From a bacterium (GTDB lineage Bacteria > Patescibacteriota > Microgenomatia > Levybacterales > UBA12049): DNA of 64,000 nucleotides. The notes under the pieces are model-generated. The model was not told the origin of the DNA. It saw only the letters and a program-made list of their open reading frames with translations, and searched no databases. Position numbers and translations under genes: made by a program. This document shows positions 1-10,000 of the stretch, one piece after another (the stretch's first letter is position 1; each line of letters starts with the position of its first letter). Location of the stretch: NCBI GenBank assembly GCA_021777565.1, contig JAJYDJ010000002.1:5082-69081 (forward strand), written 5' to 3'.

Positions 1-147
1 CATATATTCAGTATACAACACCCGACTGGCGGAGTGTGCACCTGTTGTATTATACCAGATGGTGTATCAAAATATATCGTAATAATTCACCTTTGACGCG
101 AGAAGTTGCCATGTGATATAAATCACAGTACATCAAACCATATCGAA

Positions 148-178
148 CAATTGCAATTGATATGTTGTTGTTGTATAA
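148..178 (+). promoter_or_regulatory. Candidate sigma70 promoter (TTGCAA-N17-TATAAT) ahead of a structured leader and a small ORF
   Basis: Sequence shows ttgcaa, a 17-nt spacer, then tataat. Downstream is a palindromic hairpin (gaggtttaaacctc) followed by a small ORF with a strong SD. Confidence 0.3.
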
Positions 179-388
179 TCCACGACAGGATGAGGTTTAA
201 ACCTCCCTGTTCTCTACTCTCAGAAGCGAGGGATATGAGAAATGCACCTTTACATGGTATCGGTTGCTCGTTGAGAATACTTGCGCATGCGAGTAGAGAG
301 ATATATTGTATGTCTCACTATTCGTGTGTGCAGAGCGTTCCGAAAGGAGCAATTACTTTAAAATGGGGGCGGAAAGGAGGAAACAAGA

Positions 389-505
389 ATGCCAAGTGAT
401 ACCGACAAACAGCAAAACCGCTGGCTGTCTGGCCTAACATTGTGGTGCTTCATTAACAGTGGAGCGCTTGTCGGTGTAATCATCGCTCTGGTGATTCACC
501 ACTAG
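389..505 (+). CDS. Small hydrophobic peptide (38 aa, single TM helix) with a near-perfect Shine-Dalgarno
   Basis: AAGGAGG lies 8 nt upstream of the ATG at 389. Translation is MPSDTDKQQNRWLSGLTLWCFINSGALVGVIIALVIHH. It is absent from the ORF track because it is under 60 aa. Confidence 0.3.
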   Translation: MPSDTDKQQNRWLSGLTLWCFINSGALVGVIIALVIHH

Positions 506-825
506 ACACAACAACGTAACATTCCCCTCTGCACACATTGCCCCATTTCCCATACATCCCTGAAACCAACAAAACAACCGATACCACTTTCCCTTTTTGC
601 TTGAGCAAAGTGTATAGTAGATACATTTTTCTCAGTCAAAAGACTGAAAACGAAAGTTTTTCCATAAGCGGAAGAATGTTTCAGGCACTTTTACAATTCA
701 GCGTGATGGATAACCCATACATGCCAATATGAAGATAATACCTTGTCTTTATATTGGTGTGTGTGGGAACCGACTTGAGAAAGGAGAAATGACAAAAATC
801 TAAGCGGGAGAAAGGGGTGAAAAAA

Positions 826-993
826 ATGGATGATGCTACTAAAGCAAAGAAAGAGCTGCTTGAAACACAGCTTGCCGATGCCAAAGCAGCTCGCCAGAAC
901 GCTCTCGACGCAGATCCAACTGCGGACGTCAGTGACTATGACGAGTTGATAGCTCTGCTACAAAGCAAGCTTGATGCGCTACCAAAGAACTAG
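826..993 (+). CDS. Small hypothetical protein (55 aa, helical and acidic)
   Basis: ATG at 826 is preceded by aaagggg. Translation is MDDATKAKKELLETQLADAKAARQNALDADPTADVSDYDELIALLQSKLDALPKN. Confidence 0.3.
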   Translation: MDDATKAKKELLETQLADAKAARQNALDADPTADVSDYDELIALLQSKLDALPKN

Positions 994-1269
994 GTAACTA
1001 GTTCCACTCATTATTGTCATTTCCCACACACAACCCCCGCTCCAATCACGCTGAATATACCCTTCTCTTTTGTCTAAGACAAGAAGAAACCACTTCTTTT
1101 TTTCTTAACCAAAAGAAACCTTTTACACACTGCGTAAAAGTGTGTTCTTGTACTTTTACATTGCGGAAGAAAAGCTCTTTTCCCGCTCCAGAGATATTTA
1201 AAAAAGTTTTTTTGTATCTCCGGAGTTTGCGGAAGAGAGAGAAATTAGAGACAGAAAGGAGGTGGTGCT

Positions 1270-1371
1270 GTGAATAACAGAACAGTGCGTCGAGTCTTCT
1301 CGATCCTCATTGCTGTTGCAGTCTTGGCCTGGGTAGTAATCCAGATCATCCAAGTCGTCAACCAACACTAA
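1270..1371 (+). CDS. Small membrane peptide (33 aa) with a strong SD (AAGGAGGTG) and a GTG start
   Basis: gaaaggaggtggtgctGTG. Translation is VNNRTVRRVFSILIAVAVLAWVVIQIIQVVNQH. Confidence 0.35.
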   Translation: MNNRTVRRVFSILIAVAVLAWVVIQIIQVVNQH

Positions 1372-1411
1372 ACCCCGAAACACATCTCTTTTCTTCCGCA
1401 AATTCCCTTTT

Positions 1412-1449
1412 CTCCCAAAAAAAACAGCGAAGTTTCCTCCGCTGCTTTT
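1412..1449 (-). terminator. Rho-independent terminator downstream of the zinc-ribbon gene
   Basis: On the minus strand, stem cagcg/cgctg is followed by a run of eight T, immediately 3' of the CDS that ends at 1472. Confidence 0.45.
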
Positions 1450-1471
1450 TCTCCGTTACAAAAAACTGCTA

Positions 1472-1795
1472 TTATGCAGACTTTTGCTTCTGGAAACAGT
1501 CACGGCACAAAACCGGACGATCACCTTTTGGTTTAAAAGGCACTGTGTCTTGTTTGCCACATTGACTGCAGGTTATCGTGAATGATTCACGTGGGCGATC
1601 ATTAAAACCGCCTCGACTAAATCCACCACGATCATTCCCGAAAGATGCTTTTTTCTTAGCACGGCAATCTGGGCATCGTTTTGGTGGGTTAGTAAACCCT
1701 TTAGATGCATAAAAATCCTGCTCGTTGGCAGTCCAAACAAATGGTTTGCCACAATCTTCACAGGTAAGTTGCTTGTCTTGAAATTGTTGATTCAT
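1472..1795 (-). CDS. Zinc-ribbon protein with paired CxxC...CxxC motifs (CxxC-x17-CxxC-type, function unknown)
   Basis: Two sets of CxxC-(17)-CxxC: CEDCGK...CPDCRAKK and CSQCGK...CRDCFQK. Gly/Arg-rich linker. Confidence 0.7.
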   Translation of the reverse strand: MNQQFQDKQLTCEDCGKPFVWTANEQDFYASKGFTNPPKRCPDCRAKKKASFGNDRGGFSRGGFNDRPRESFTITCSQCGKQDTVPFKPKGDRPVLCRDCFQKQKSA

Positions 1796-1949
1796 GAAGT
1801 ATCACCTCCCTCTAGCTCCCGACTAAGTTTTCCTTTATGTATCTCTAGAAAGGTGACTTTGGAGACTCTACAAGGAGTATATCATAAGGGATCCCAAGAA
1901 GCAAATCTGTGCGCCTGGAAGGATATTTCCCCTCATCCCTCCTAAAATG

Positions 1950-2022
1950 TGCGCCTGGAGGGATTCGAACCCCCGACACCTTCGTTCGAAGCGAAGTACT
2001 CTATCCACTGAGCTACAGGCGC
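1950..2022 (-). tRNA. tRNA-Arg (anticodon TCG)
   Basis: Manual cloverleaf on the reverse complement gives acceptor gcgcctg/caggcgc, anticodon stem cttcg/cgaag and loop cttcgaa. CCA is not encoded. Confidence 0.8.
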
Positions 2023-2084
2023 ATGCGTGACCGTACCAGCCTGGGCACGATCGACTTTTTTGTGTCTAGAAACGCACACTTTTG

Positions 2085-2156
2085 TGGACCGAAAGGGATT
2101 CGAACCCTCAACCCCCTACATGCCATGCAGGTGCGCTACCATTGCGCCATCGGCCC
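2085..2156 (-). tRNA. tRNA-Ala (anticodon GGC)
   Basis: Cloverleaf has G3:U70 in the acceptor stem (gggccga/tcggtcc), anticodon loop atggcat and discriminator A. Confidence 0.8.
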
Positions 2157-2165
2157 CTATTTTTG

Positions 2166-2238
2166 TGGACCAGAGGAGATTCGAACTCCCGACCTCTGCA
2201 ATGCGAATGCAACGCTCTACCAACTGAGCTACTGGCCC
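2166..2238 (-). tRNA. tRNA-Ala (anticodon CGC)
   Basis: Acceptor gggccag/ctggtcc with G3:U70. Anticodon stem ttgca/tgcag with loop ttcgcat. Confidence 0.8.
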
Positions 2239-2294
2239 CTACCCCTTTGGTCTCGTGCCCATTATACCATGCAGAAAGACAGATTAGAAAGCTA

Positions 2295-3434
2295 TTATCT
2301 CAAATATGAGAGTGGGTTTTGGGTCACATTGTTGCGCCTAATTTCAAAATGCAAATGTGGACCAGTTGAGTTACCTGTGTTCCCTGAGAGTCCGATCACG
2401 GTCTGACCTCCCGTTACCCTATCTCCTGGCCTGACATAGATTTGAGACATATGGGCATACAGACTACTCATCCCATCGCCATGGTCAATGACCACATCCA
2501 GTGCGTAGCCATAGTTCCATCCAGCCAAATTGACTGACTTCACCACACCATCCTTGGTCGCATGAATTGGCGTACCAACAGGAACGGCAATATCTAAGGC
2601 CATATGGTACCAGATAGGCATCTGACTGATCGTTCCATACAGTGGCCAGTTGTATCCACCACTTGGGACGACATTGGTTGGAGCCTGAATGACGAATACT
2701 TCTCGCTTCACGACCGCCTGCGCCTCAGGTTGAATACCATCTGGCACGACCAACATCTGTCCAACAACCAGTGAGAACGTTTCAGGGTTAGCAAAGTCGT
2801 TGAATGGGAAGTTGACGATCTTCTGAGCATCAGTGTTATATTTCTTTGCAATAGTATAGACCGTGTCACCAGCTTGTACTTTGTGTAAGATTCCCGAGAC
2901 CGGTAAGATTTTCAGTTGATCCCCAACTGTCACGGTGTCACCAGTGATATCATTTGCCCATTTAATGGTGTTGACAGAAATACCAAATTTATCTGCGATG
3001 GTTGAAAGCGTATCTCCATGTTCTACCGTGTAGGTGACGACACTGTCACGAGGTTTTGCTGAGGCCTGGGTAGTAAACACATTGGTATCTGAAATAACTG
3101 ACGTGGCAGCTTGTGCAGACGTTGGCTGCAAAAGAGATTTTTGCTGAGAAAAAACAGGGAATGTATCCGTAATAAATGGGGCCGCAATAACGCCAATACT
3201 AATGCCTGCTAGCGTAATCGTATGCAAAAGCGCGCGATTATACTTCCCTCGCTTCATCAAAAGCAGATGTACGATCTCGTCTTTACTAAACTCAAGAACT
3301 CTTAGTCCCCCTTTTGTTTTCTTTTGCAGATAGAAAAAGAAGAACTTTACAAACTCTCGAATATCCCGCATGCGCCTTTCAATCAGCTCACCGACAAGAC
3401 GTACCAGGGTAAAAATTGGTGGGAGTTGGTCCAT
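2295..3434 (-). CDS. LysM-domain M23 family metallopeptidase (peptidoglycan hydrolase)
   Basis: Two LysM repeats (HGDTLSTIADKFGISVNTIKWAN; GDTVYTIAKKYNTDAQKIV). The M23 LytM motifs are HGDGMSSLYAHM and GNTGNSTGPHLHFEI. The true start may be the internal Met at about 3257 (MKRGKYN plus a TM segment). Confidence 0.8.
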   Translation of the reverse strand: MDQLPPIFTLVRLVGELIERRMRDIREFVKFFFFYLQKKTKGGLRVLEFSKDEIVHLLLMKRGKYNRALLHTITLAGISIGVIAAPFITDTFPVFSQQKSLLQPTSAQAATSVISDTNVFTTQASAKPRDSVVTYTVEHGDTLSTIADKFGISVNTIKWANDITGDTVTVGDQLKILPVSGILHKVQAGDTVYTIAKKYNTDAQKIVNFPFNDFANPETFSLVVGQMLVVPDGIQPEAQAVVKREVFVIQAPTNVVPSGGYNWPLYGTISQMPIWYHMALDIAVPVGTPIHATKDGVVKSVNLAGWNYGYALDVVIDHGDGMSSLYAHMSQIYVRPGDRVTGGQTVIGLSGNTGNSTGPHLHFEIRRNNVTQNPLSYLR

Positions 3435-3504
3435 ACCTTTGTTCCTCTATGCTAGCAAAAAGAAGGGTTGAGTGCAAACTAGGTCACATTAGCTTACTGC
3501 TATC

Positions 3505-4938
3505 CTATTTTCCAAGGTTTGCCAAGAGTGCTGCGTTGGTATCAAACTTCTCGAGTTGTTGGATAAACATCTCTGTTCTCTCATCATCAGGAAGCATAGA
3601 AAGCATACGATGCATCGTTGCCATACGGTTGAGAGTGTCTGCATCAAAGAATCTTCCTTCTTCACGAGTTCCTGATTTGTGAACATCAATAGCTGGGAAG
3701 ACGCGTCTTTCTGCCAATTGACGATTAAGATGCAGTTCCATGTTACCAGTTCCTTTGAATTCTTCATAAATCAGATCATCCATACGGGAGTTGGTATCCA
3801 CCAATGCAGTTGCGATGATGGTAAGACTGCCACCTTCCTGACAATTACGTGCGGCACCCAGGAATTTCTTAGATGGGAAGAGGGCTGCTGGATCAAATCC
3901 TCCAGAGAGTGTTCTCCCTGATGGTCCAACTGCCAAATTATACGCACGAGCAAGTCTGGTAATAGAATCCAAGAGAATAACGACGTCTTTGCCTTCCTCT
4001 ACCAAACGCTTTGCTCTCTCAAGAGCAATTTCTGCTACTTTGGTCTGGAATTCAGGAGCGGCATCAAAATTACTTGCAACGACTTCACCTTTGACAGACA
4101 TCGTGATATCAGTGACTTCTTCAGGGCGCTCCCCGATCAAAACCGCCATCAAATGTACTTCTGGAAAGTTGGTGGTGATGCCTGCTGCAATTTCTTTCAA
4201 CACTGTTGTCTTCCCTGCTTTTGGTGGTGAGACGATCATCCCGCGCTGGCCAAATCCAATTGGTGCCAACAGATCGATCATGCGGGTAGAAAGTGGCTGC
4301 TTGCCGGTTGTCAGCACAATTTGTCTGTTTGGATAAATTGGTGTTAACTCGTCAAAGTAAGGGCGCTGACCCATCTCGTCAGCCTGTTTGCCGTTAATTG
4401 TCTCTACTTTAAGAAGTCCAAAATAGCGTTCATTATCTTTTGGTGGACGAGCAATACCCCCGACCAAATCCCCTGCTCGCAGGTTAAATCGTCGTACTTG
4501 AGATTGGGATACGTATACATCTCGTGGTCCAGGAACGAATTTAGGACGCAAAAAGCCATGTCCTTCCTGCTGGAGCTCTAAAATGCCACTTACTGGCTCT
4601 GTTGGTCCGTCAGTGAGGTCATTACCGGTGCGAACTGGCTGGGGACGATAAAATCTTCCCTGACCTTGATTTTGTCCTTGTCCTTGGCCTTGTCCACGGT
4701 CACGATAGCCATAGCCACCACCACGAGGGGCATAGCCACGATTATTACTATAATGTGGTCTCTGATACCCACCCTGTTGAGGCTGCATATCGCCAAAATC
4801 GCTTTCCTGGGAGTAATTATTCCCTTGTGCTGGCTCTTGTGGCATAGATTCTGGTGCTTCAGGTGCCTGCTGTGGTGCCTGTTGAGGCTCCACTGGCTGA
4901 CCCACGAAATCATCAGCTGAAAAATGTTGATCATTCAT
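3505..4938 (-). CDS. rho: Transcription termination factor Rho with an RGG/QG-rich N-terminal extension
   Basis: Rho RNA-binding and ATPase motifs are present (GILELQQEGHGFLR, GQRGMIVSPPKAGKTT, RecA-like core). The N-terminal roughly 110 aa is low-complexity (RGGGYGYRDRGQGQGQGQNQGQGR). Confidence 0.9.
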   Translation of the reverse strand: MNDQHFSADDFVGQPVEPQQAPQQAPEAPESMPQEPAQGNNYSQESDFGDMQPQQGGYQRPHYSNNRGYAPRGGGYGYRDRGQGQGQGQNQGQGRFYRPQPVRTGNDLTDGPTEPVSGILELQQEGHGFLRPKFVPGPRDVYVSQSQVRRFNLRAGDLVGGIARPPKDNERYFGLLKVETINGKQADEMGQRPYFDELTPIYPNRQIVLTTGKQPLSTRMIDLLAPIGFGQRGMIVSPPKAGKTTVLKEIAAGITTNFPEVHLMAVLIGERPEEVTDITMSVKGEVVASNFDAAPEFQTKVAEIALERAKRLVEEGKDVVILLDSITRLARAYNLAVGPSGRTLSGGFDPAALFPSKKFLGAARNCQEGGSLTIIATALVDTNSRMDDLIYEEFKGTGNMELHLNRQLAERRVFPAIDVHKSGTREEGRFFDADTLNRMATMHRMLSMLPDDERTEMFIQQLEKFDTNAALLANLGK

Positions 4939-5071
4939 AGAGGTTTACTTTTTATATTTGCATGTTCTGGAAACGAATGGATAAACGAATCGCGGAAGAA
5001 TCTGCGTAACTCTGAAGCTATTAAACCATAGTGGAGAGAGCCTGTCAATAGCGAGTTCTGTTGTCATAAAT

Positions 5072-5911
5072 TTGACTTTTTCTCAGATTCTGGTACACTT
5101 TGACTACACCGAATTTTACATATCTGCCCATGATCTGCCCTATCATATGGAAATCCCATTACCAGAAGAACCACTCATATCGATTATTCTGCCAATAAAG
5201 AATAGCGCAGAAACGCTCTTCCCGTGTCTTCAGAGTCTCCTGTTCCAGAATTACCACCATATAGAAGTAATTGCCGTTGATGACTGCTCACGAGATAACT
5301 CACTTCAGATCCTTCGTGAGTTCCAAAAGACAGACTCGAGGGTCAGAATTATCAAAAATGTAAAGACCTATGGCCGTGCGATCAGTATCAACCGTGCGCT
5401 CAAGAAGGCACGAGGTAAACTCATTGTCTTTATGGAGCCTACCGATATGATTACCGCCCAAAAGCTGTCCAAGCAGGTTGCTGAGCTTAGAAAAGACAAG
5501 CATGTCGTGGCTGCCAACAGTCAGTGTATGACCATGAACCATCTGGGCAAGCGCGTGGGGAAAAGTCACTACCCACTCCTAGCATCAGAGGCAATGCACC
5601 TTCCCTATCGCCAAAATGTACTCTTCTCAGGCATCATGATCAATAGGTACCGTATTCCTAAAGATTTACTGGACTGTGAGGCTGACGAGCCAGCACTTTT
5701 TGCCGCACAACTTATCAGTAGACTGCTCACCTATGGCGAAATCGTCACTATCCCTGAATATTTGCACACCCACATGGCACAACATCTCACTGGGCATCTC
5801 ATGCACAAATTTACCAAGAGTATTCGTGTCTGGCTTGAGGCTAAAGTAAACCACCAACAGGCACCAAGTCTCACGGCTGTTTTTGCCAATGTCATGAGCC
5901 CAGCTCTCTAG
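5072..5911 (+). CDS. Family 2 glycosyltransferase
   Basis: N-terminal GT-A motifs ISIILPIKNSAETLFPCLQSLL and IAVDDCSRDNS (DxD). Confidence 0.7.
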   Translation: MTFSQILVHFDYTEFYISAHDLPYHMEIPLPEEPLISIILPIKNSAETLFPCLQSLLFQNYHHIEVIAVDDCSRDNSLQILREFQKTDSRVRIIKNVKTYGRAISINRALKKARGKLIVFMEPTDMITAQKLSKQVAELRKDKHVVAANSQCMTMNHLGKRVGKSHYPLLASEAMHLPYRQNVLFSGIMINRYRIPKDLLDCEADEPALFAAQLISRLLTYGEIVTIPEYLHTHMAQHLTGHLMHKFTKSIRVWLEAKVNHQQAPSLTAVFANVMSPAL

Positions 5912-6244
5912 CCCACTTTTTCTCCTCAAGATATCCAAAAGTTATCCACATAAATTCTCTGGCGTTAAAAATGGCTTAAAACCAAGCTATTTTGATGAAG
6001 AAAAACTATAAGATATGTCAAAATTGAACACATTTTTGCTATAGGTTGACAGAGGGGGTTGCCTGTGATACGCTTTGAGTATGGCACTTGTACAGAAGCT
6101 CTCTATGCTCTTTGGGAAAAAGCCTGTGAGGCGAAAAACCCTCCAGGAATATCAACAAGAAGTCCTTATACGGCAGGCTGAAAAGCAGTTTCGGCAGATG
6201 ATGCGACTAGGGAGCCGCATGCCGGTAACTCTTTTATAAAAAAA

Positions 6245-6305
6245 TAAGAGCATCGCTTTCGTTACTCAAATTGTAGCTCGAATACGAAAAGCAATGCTCT
6301 TAGAA
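6245..6305 (-). terminator. Long imperfect hairpin followed by a T-run on the minus strand (candidate terminator)
   Basis: aagagcatcgctttcg ... cgaaaagcaatgctctt forms a roughly 15-bp stem. The minus-strand reading is followed by attttttta. It lies in a 630-bp gene-free region. Confidence 0.3.
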
Positions 6306-6562
6306 AAATGCAAATAGTCCTTAAAGGCAGGATAAAAACTAGTTGCTGTATTATTGATACACAAATAGCCCTAGTCCTGTCAAGCAAAAAAATGGGCTCA
6401 AAATGAGCACTTTGGATTGCTAAAAAGGCAAAAATCATCTTTCGTATTTTTTTAGAAAGTGGTTTGTTTTTTGTAGTGAGGTAGGAAAGTTGGGCAGGCT
6501 TTTCTATCTCATTAGAGACAACAAACCCTACTTTTCCCCTACTCTTTTTCTCTCAAGAAGTA

Positions 6563-7036
6563 CTACTGTGCAGATATGGTAGCTGTTGGCTCTGTTGTTG
6601 GTGTTGGTTTTACTTTTCCTTTTACTTCTGGTGTTGCGGTTGGACTCCCTACATTCACCGGTCCCACGGCAACGATTTTATTGGCTGTTGGGTCATACAG
6701 AATGGCCTCTTTGGCAGCGGTATACACGAGCAGCTTGTCACCATTTTTTGCATTCGCAAAGAATGGGTCACCTGAGAGCTTTTTCACGTCAGAGACCGTG
6801 GCAATAGTTGGTTGTTCTCCTTTAGGAAGCTCTATAAGCATGCCTACCTTCTGTACCAAGTCATTCGCCTCCTGTACCGCAGCTAAGGTTGGGTTTTGAA
6901 GAATCTTTTGCGTCTTTTGATACTGCATATAGAAGTATCCTGCCAGGATCAATGCCACAAGAAGAAGCAAGAGAAATCCACCAATCATGATGGTCATAAG
7001 CACTCGTGATCCTGATGATGATTCTTTTTCAGCCAT
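6563..7036 (-). CDS. Hypothetical membrane-anchored protein (N-terminal TM helix)
   Basis: Single N-terminal TM segment (IMIGGFLLLLLVALILAGYFY). No recognisable domain. Confidence 0.5.
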   Translation of the reverse strand: MAEKESSSGSRVLMTIMIGGFLLLLLVALILAGYFYMQYQKTQKILQNPTLAAVQEANDLVQKVGMLIELPKGEQPTIATVSDVKKLSGDPFFANAKNGDKLLVYTAAKEAILYDPTANKIVAVGPVNVGSPTATPEVKGKVKPTPTTEPTATISAQ

Positions 7037-7082
7037 ATTCCTATCTTAGGCAAGCTCTTCCTCTCTGTCAAGGAAATTACCC

Positions 7083-10000
7083 TCAATTTTCAACACTCAC
7101 TGCCGTCCATGAGAATGGTACTGGACTAGTGACTGTTTTATTGAGCTGTATGGTAAAGCCATGAGGGGAGATTTGGGTCAAGGTATATCGTATGTCCCCC
7201 GAGACAATAGCTTGCGTGACGTCACTCCCTACCGATGCATCAAGGGCGATATTGGCGGTAATAACTGGTGTTGCCTGGTAGTCTTTGGAGAAGGTGATAC
7301 TCACATGATCACTTCCTGCTGGGATAGAGACCATACCTGCATGATCTCGGTTTACAAAAATATCTCCTAGCAAATGCGTATTGCCATGGATCACAGCATC
7401 GCCCATAAAGGTCGCGAGACTTGTGACAATGGAGTTCGTCGCAGTGAGTGTGTCAACAACCTGGAGCATCCCCTCTACGAGGGCATTTTGTTTCACTCGA
7501 AGACTTCCTGAAACCGTTGCAGTTCCACTGTCAGAAGAGAGCGTAAGCGCACCAGAATCACTGGCGCTGGTACTCAAGCCAAGCACTGCTGATTGGGTAG
7601 AAGTTCCAAAGAGTGATTCAAGAAGCGACAAGCGAGCAGACAGAGATGCCAACTGCTCATCAACGCCGTCAATGTGGTCAGCATGAATTTCAGCCGCGCG
7701 CAATACTCCAGAGAACGTTGCATCTGACTGCACGGCCAACTGATCTGTCAAAATGCGTGGGGTAATAATCTCAAGACCAGCAGTAAGCCTATCGGTAGTG
7801 AGCTCTGAGAGGGTTGCTGAGTTGGTAGCCACGGGATGGCTCATCAAGTAGCTCAGTGCTTGCTGACCAGCAGTCACAGGATTGGCATCAAGACCTGGGA
7901 TAGACTGTGCCAATGTTTGCCCAGTAGTAAAACTGTTTTTAACAAATGCTACCACGTAGCCTGGCATATCAGGATCAGTATAAGCAGTGAGCGCCTGACC
8001 TATGATACTGCCTGATTTAAGTGCTTTCATAGCAACTCCAGGGGTTGAGGATGGGGTAAGATAATCCCCTGGCAAAATCTCCCCATTTTCCATCGAAACC
8101 TTCACAGGGACACGACCACTCAAGGCTACAAGTACGGTTTTGGCTCCCTGGATATTGCCATCACCGATAATGAGTCCTGGTTGAGTTGAGACAATACCAA
8201 GCGTATTTCTATCATATGCCCCACTACTTCGCATAACCCCAGCTGACAAACTCGCATCAATTGAGACAATTTCTCCTGGCATCAAGGTCGTATCATTGGT
8301 GTTATACATTTCAGCAACGTCAGCTCCTGTTCCCATCAATGTTCTTACGCGTACATATCCTGCCCCACCATTACCACCTGCACCACCAGTGGTTGTTTCC
8401 CCAGCTCCACCACCGCCTCCTCCGCCACCACGAGCACCACCGTTGCCTCCGGCACCACCAGTCCCAGATGGATTAACGGCACCACCACCACCTCCATCTC
8501 CGCCACTGCCGACTCCATCCGCACCGACACCTCCTGGCCCTCCAGCACCACTTCCGGCTGATCCACCGCCTCCACCCGTACCAGGGACGTGCCCTCCGGC
8601 ACCACCAGATCGCTGGGTACAAGTAGTCACGGCACAAGAGGCACCAGCACCACCACCAGCACCACCTTGGATACTTCCTCCACCGTTTCCTCCGTTGCCG
8701 GCTCCGTTAGTCGATGATCCACCTCCGCCTCCACCACCATACGCACCACTGCCCCCTACACCAGGAGTTCCTGTCGTTGCGGTACGACCACCAGCGCCAC
8801 CAAAGCCTGAGTTATCAGTGCTTGCCGCAGCACCAAGCGGGCCACCGCCAGCACCACCAGTGTTGGTTGTAGAGTTAGCCCCAACAGCATTATTTCCTCC
8901 TCCACCTCCACCACCACCAAAGCTCGTTGTTGTGCCTCCTGCTGAACCTCCACCTCCACCAAAGGCTTCTTCATACATTGTCCCAGCACAGTTAGCACTG
9001 GTACTAAAACAGCTTGGCCCACCAGCACTGCCTGCCGTGCCGGCAGCTGAACTACCTCCATTTCCATGATTTCCTCCAGAACCCACCGTAACAGCGACTG
9101 TGCTTCCCAGAGATGAACCCGAGATCTGTGTCGTGGAGTATGCACCACCACCACCACCAGCACCACCAAGCTCGATAGTGGATGTGCTTCCTCCAGCGCC
9201 GCCACCACCACCGCCACCACCACCCCAAACCTCAACAATGACCATTAAGGCGTTGGCAGGTTTGGTCCACGTACCACTCGCGGTAAATGTTTGGGTATTA
9301 GTATCACCACATGCGCTCAAGGAGAGGGTGCCAGAGCCATTAGATTGCAAACATCCTGCGGCATCGGCAGTAGGAAGTGTCCAGGTGTAGCTCCCGGCTG
9401 TTGCGCCAGCCTGAAGAGTAACTGTGTTGGCATTGGCACTGTCATTAAAGACAATATTCCCTGTTGCGCTGCTTGCTGCCCCAAGACTTATTTTTCCCGA
9501 GCCAACCGCTATGCCAGTGTCCCATCCCGTACCAATTGAGATAGCGGTATTGCCACCGTTGGAAGTGGTAATGGATCCAATAGTAATGCCGTTCATCGTC
9601 CCACCACTCGTTGTTGTCGCAGGTGGAGTTATCAGAAGACCATTCACAGTGCCAGCACCCACTGCCGTTAGACTGATACCTACTCCCGTCTGTGTCCCTG
9701 AGGTGGTAATGGTGCCTGTGGTAAGGGAAACTCCTGTTGCATTAGCAGCAGTCGTATTGGCAAGTGTCCCTGAAATTCCTGTTGCGGCGATGGTTCCTAA
9801 GTTAATGTCTGTTCCAATCGTCCCAGCAAAGCTCAACCCGTTGGTGAGTGTTCCAGTAGTCTGGCTAATTTGGATGCCGTTGGTTGTTGTGCCGCCACTG
9901 CCATTTACGTTGACTAACAATCCATTGGTCATGGTATTACTGGTATGCGTCAGACTGAGGGCAAGAGCGGTATTGGTTCCACTGGCAGGAGCACTCGTAG

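Noticed and set aside
106-399. ORF 106..399 (97 aa, Cys-rich)
   Set aside because: No RBS. Odd composition. Overlaps a promoter/hairpin region. It is more likely non-coding leader sequence.
1909-2406. Track ORFs 1909..2406, 2027..2227 and 2082..2309
   Set aside because: They overlap three well-formed minus-strand tRNA genes (Arg-TCG, Ala-GGC, Ala-CGC).
3489-4934. Alternative ORFs in the rho region (3489..3767, 3679..3921, 3989..4336, 4590..4934, 4666..4920)
   Set aside because: They are embedded within or antisense to the strongly supported rho CDS.
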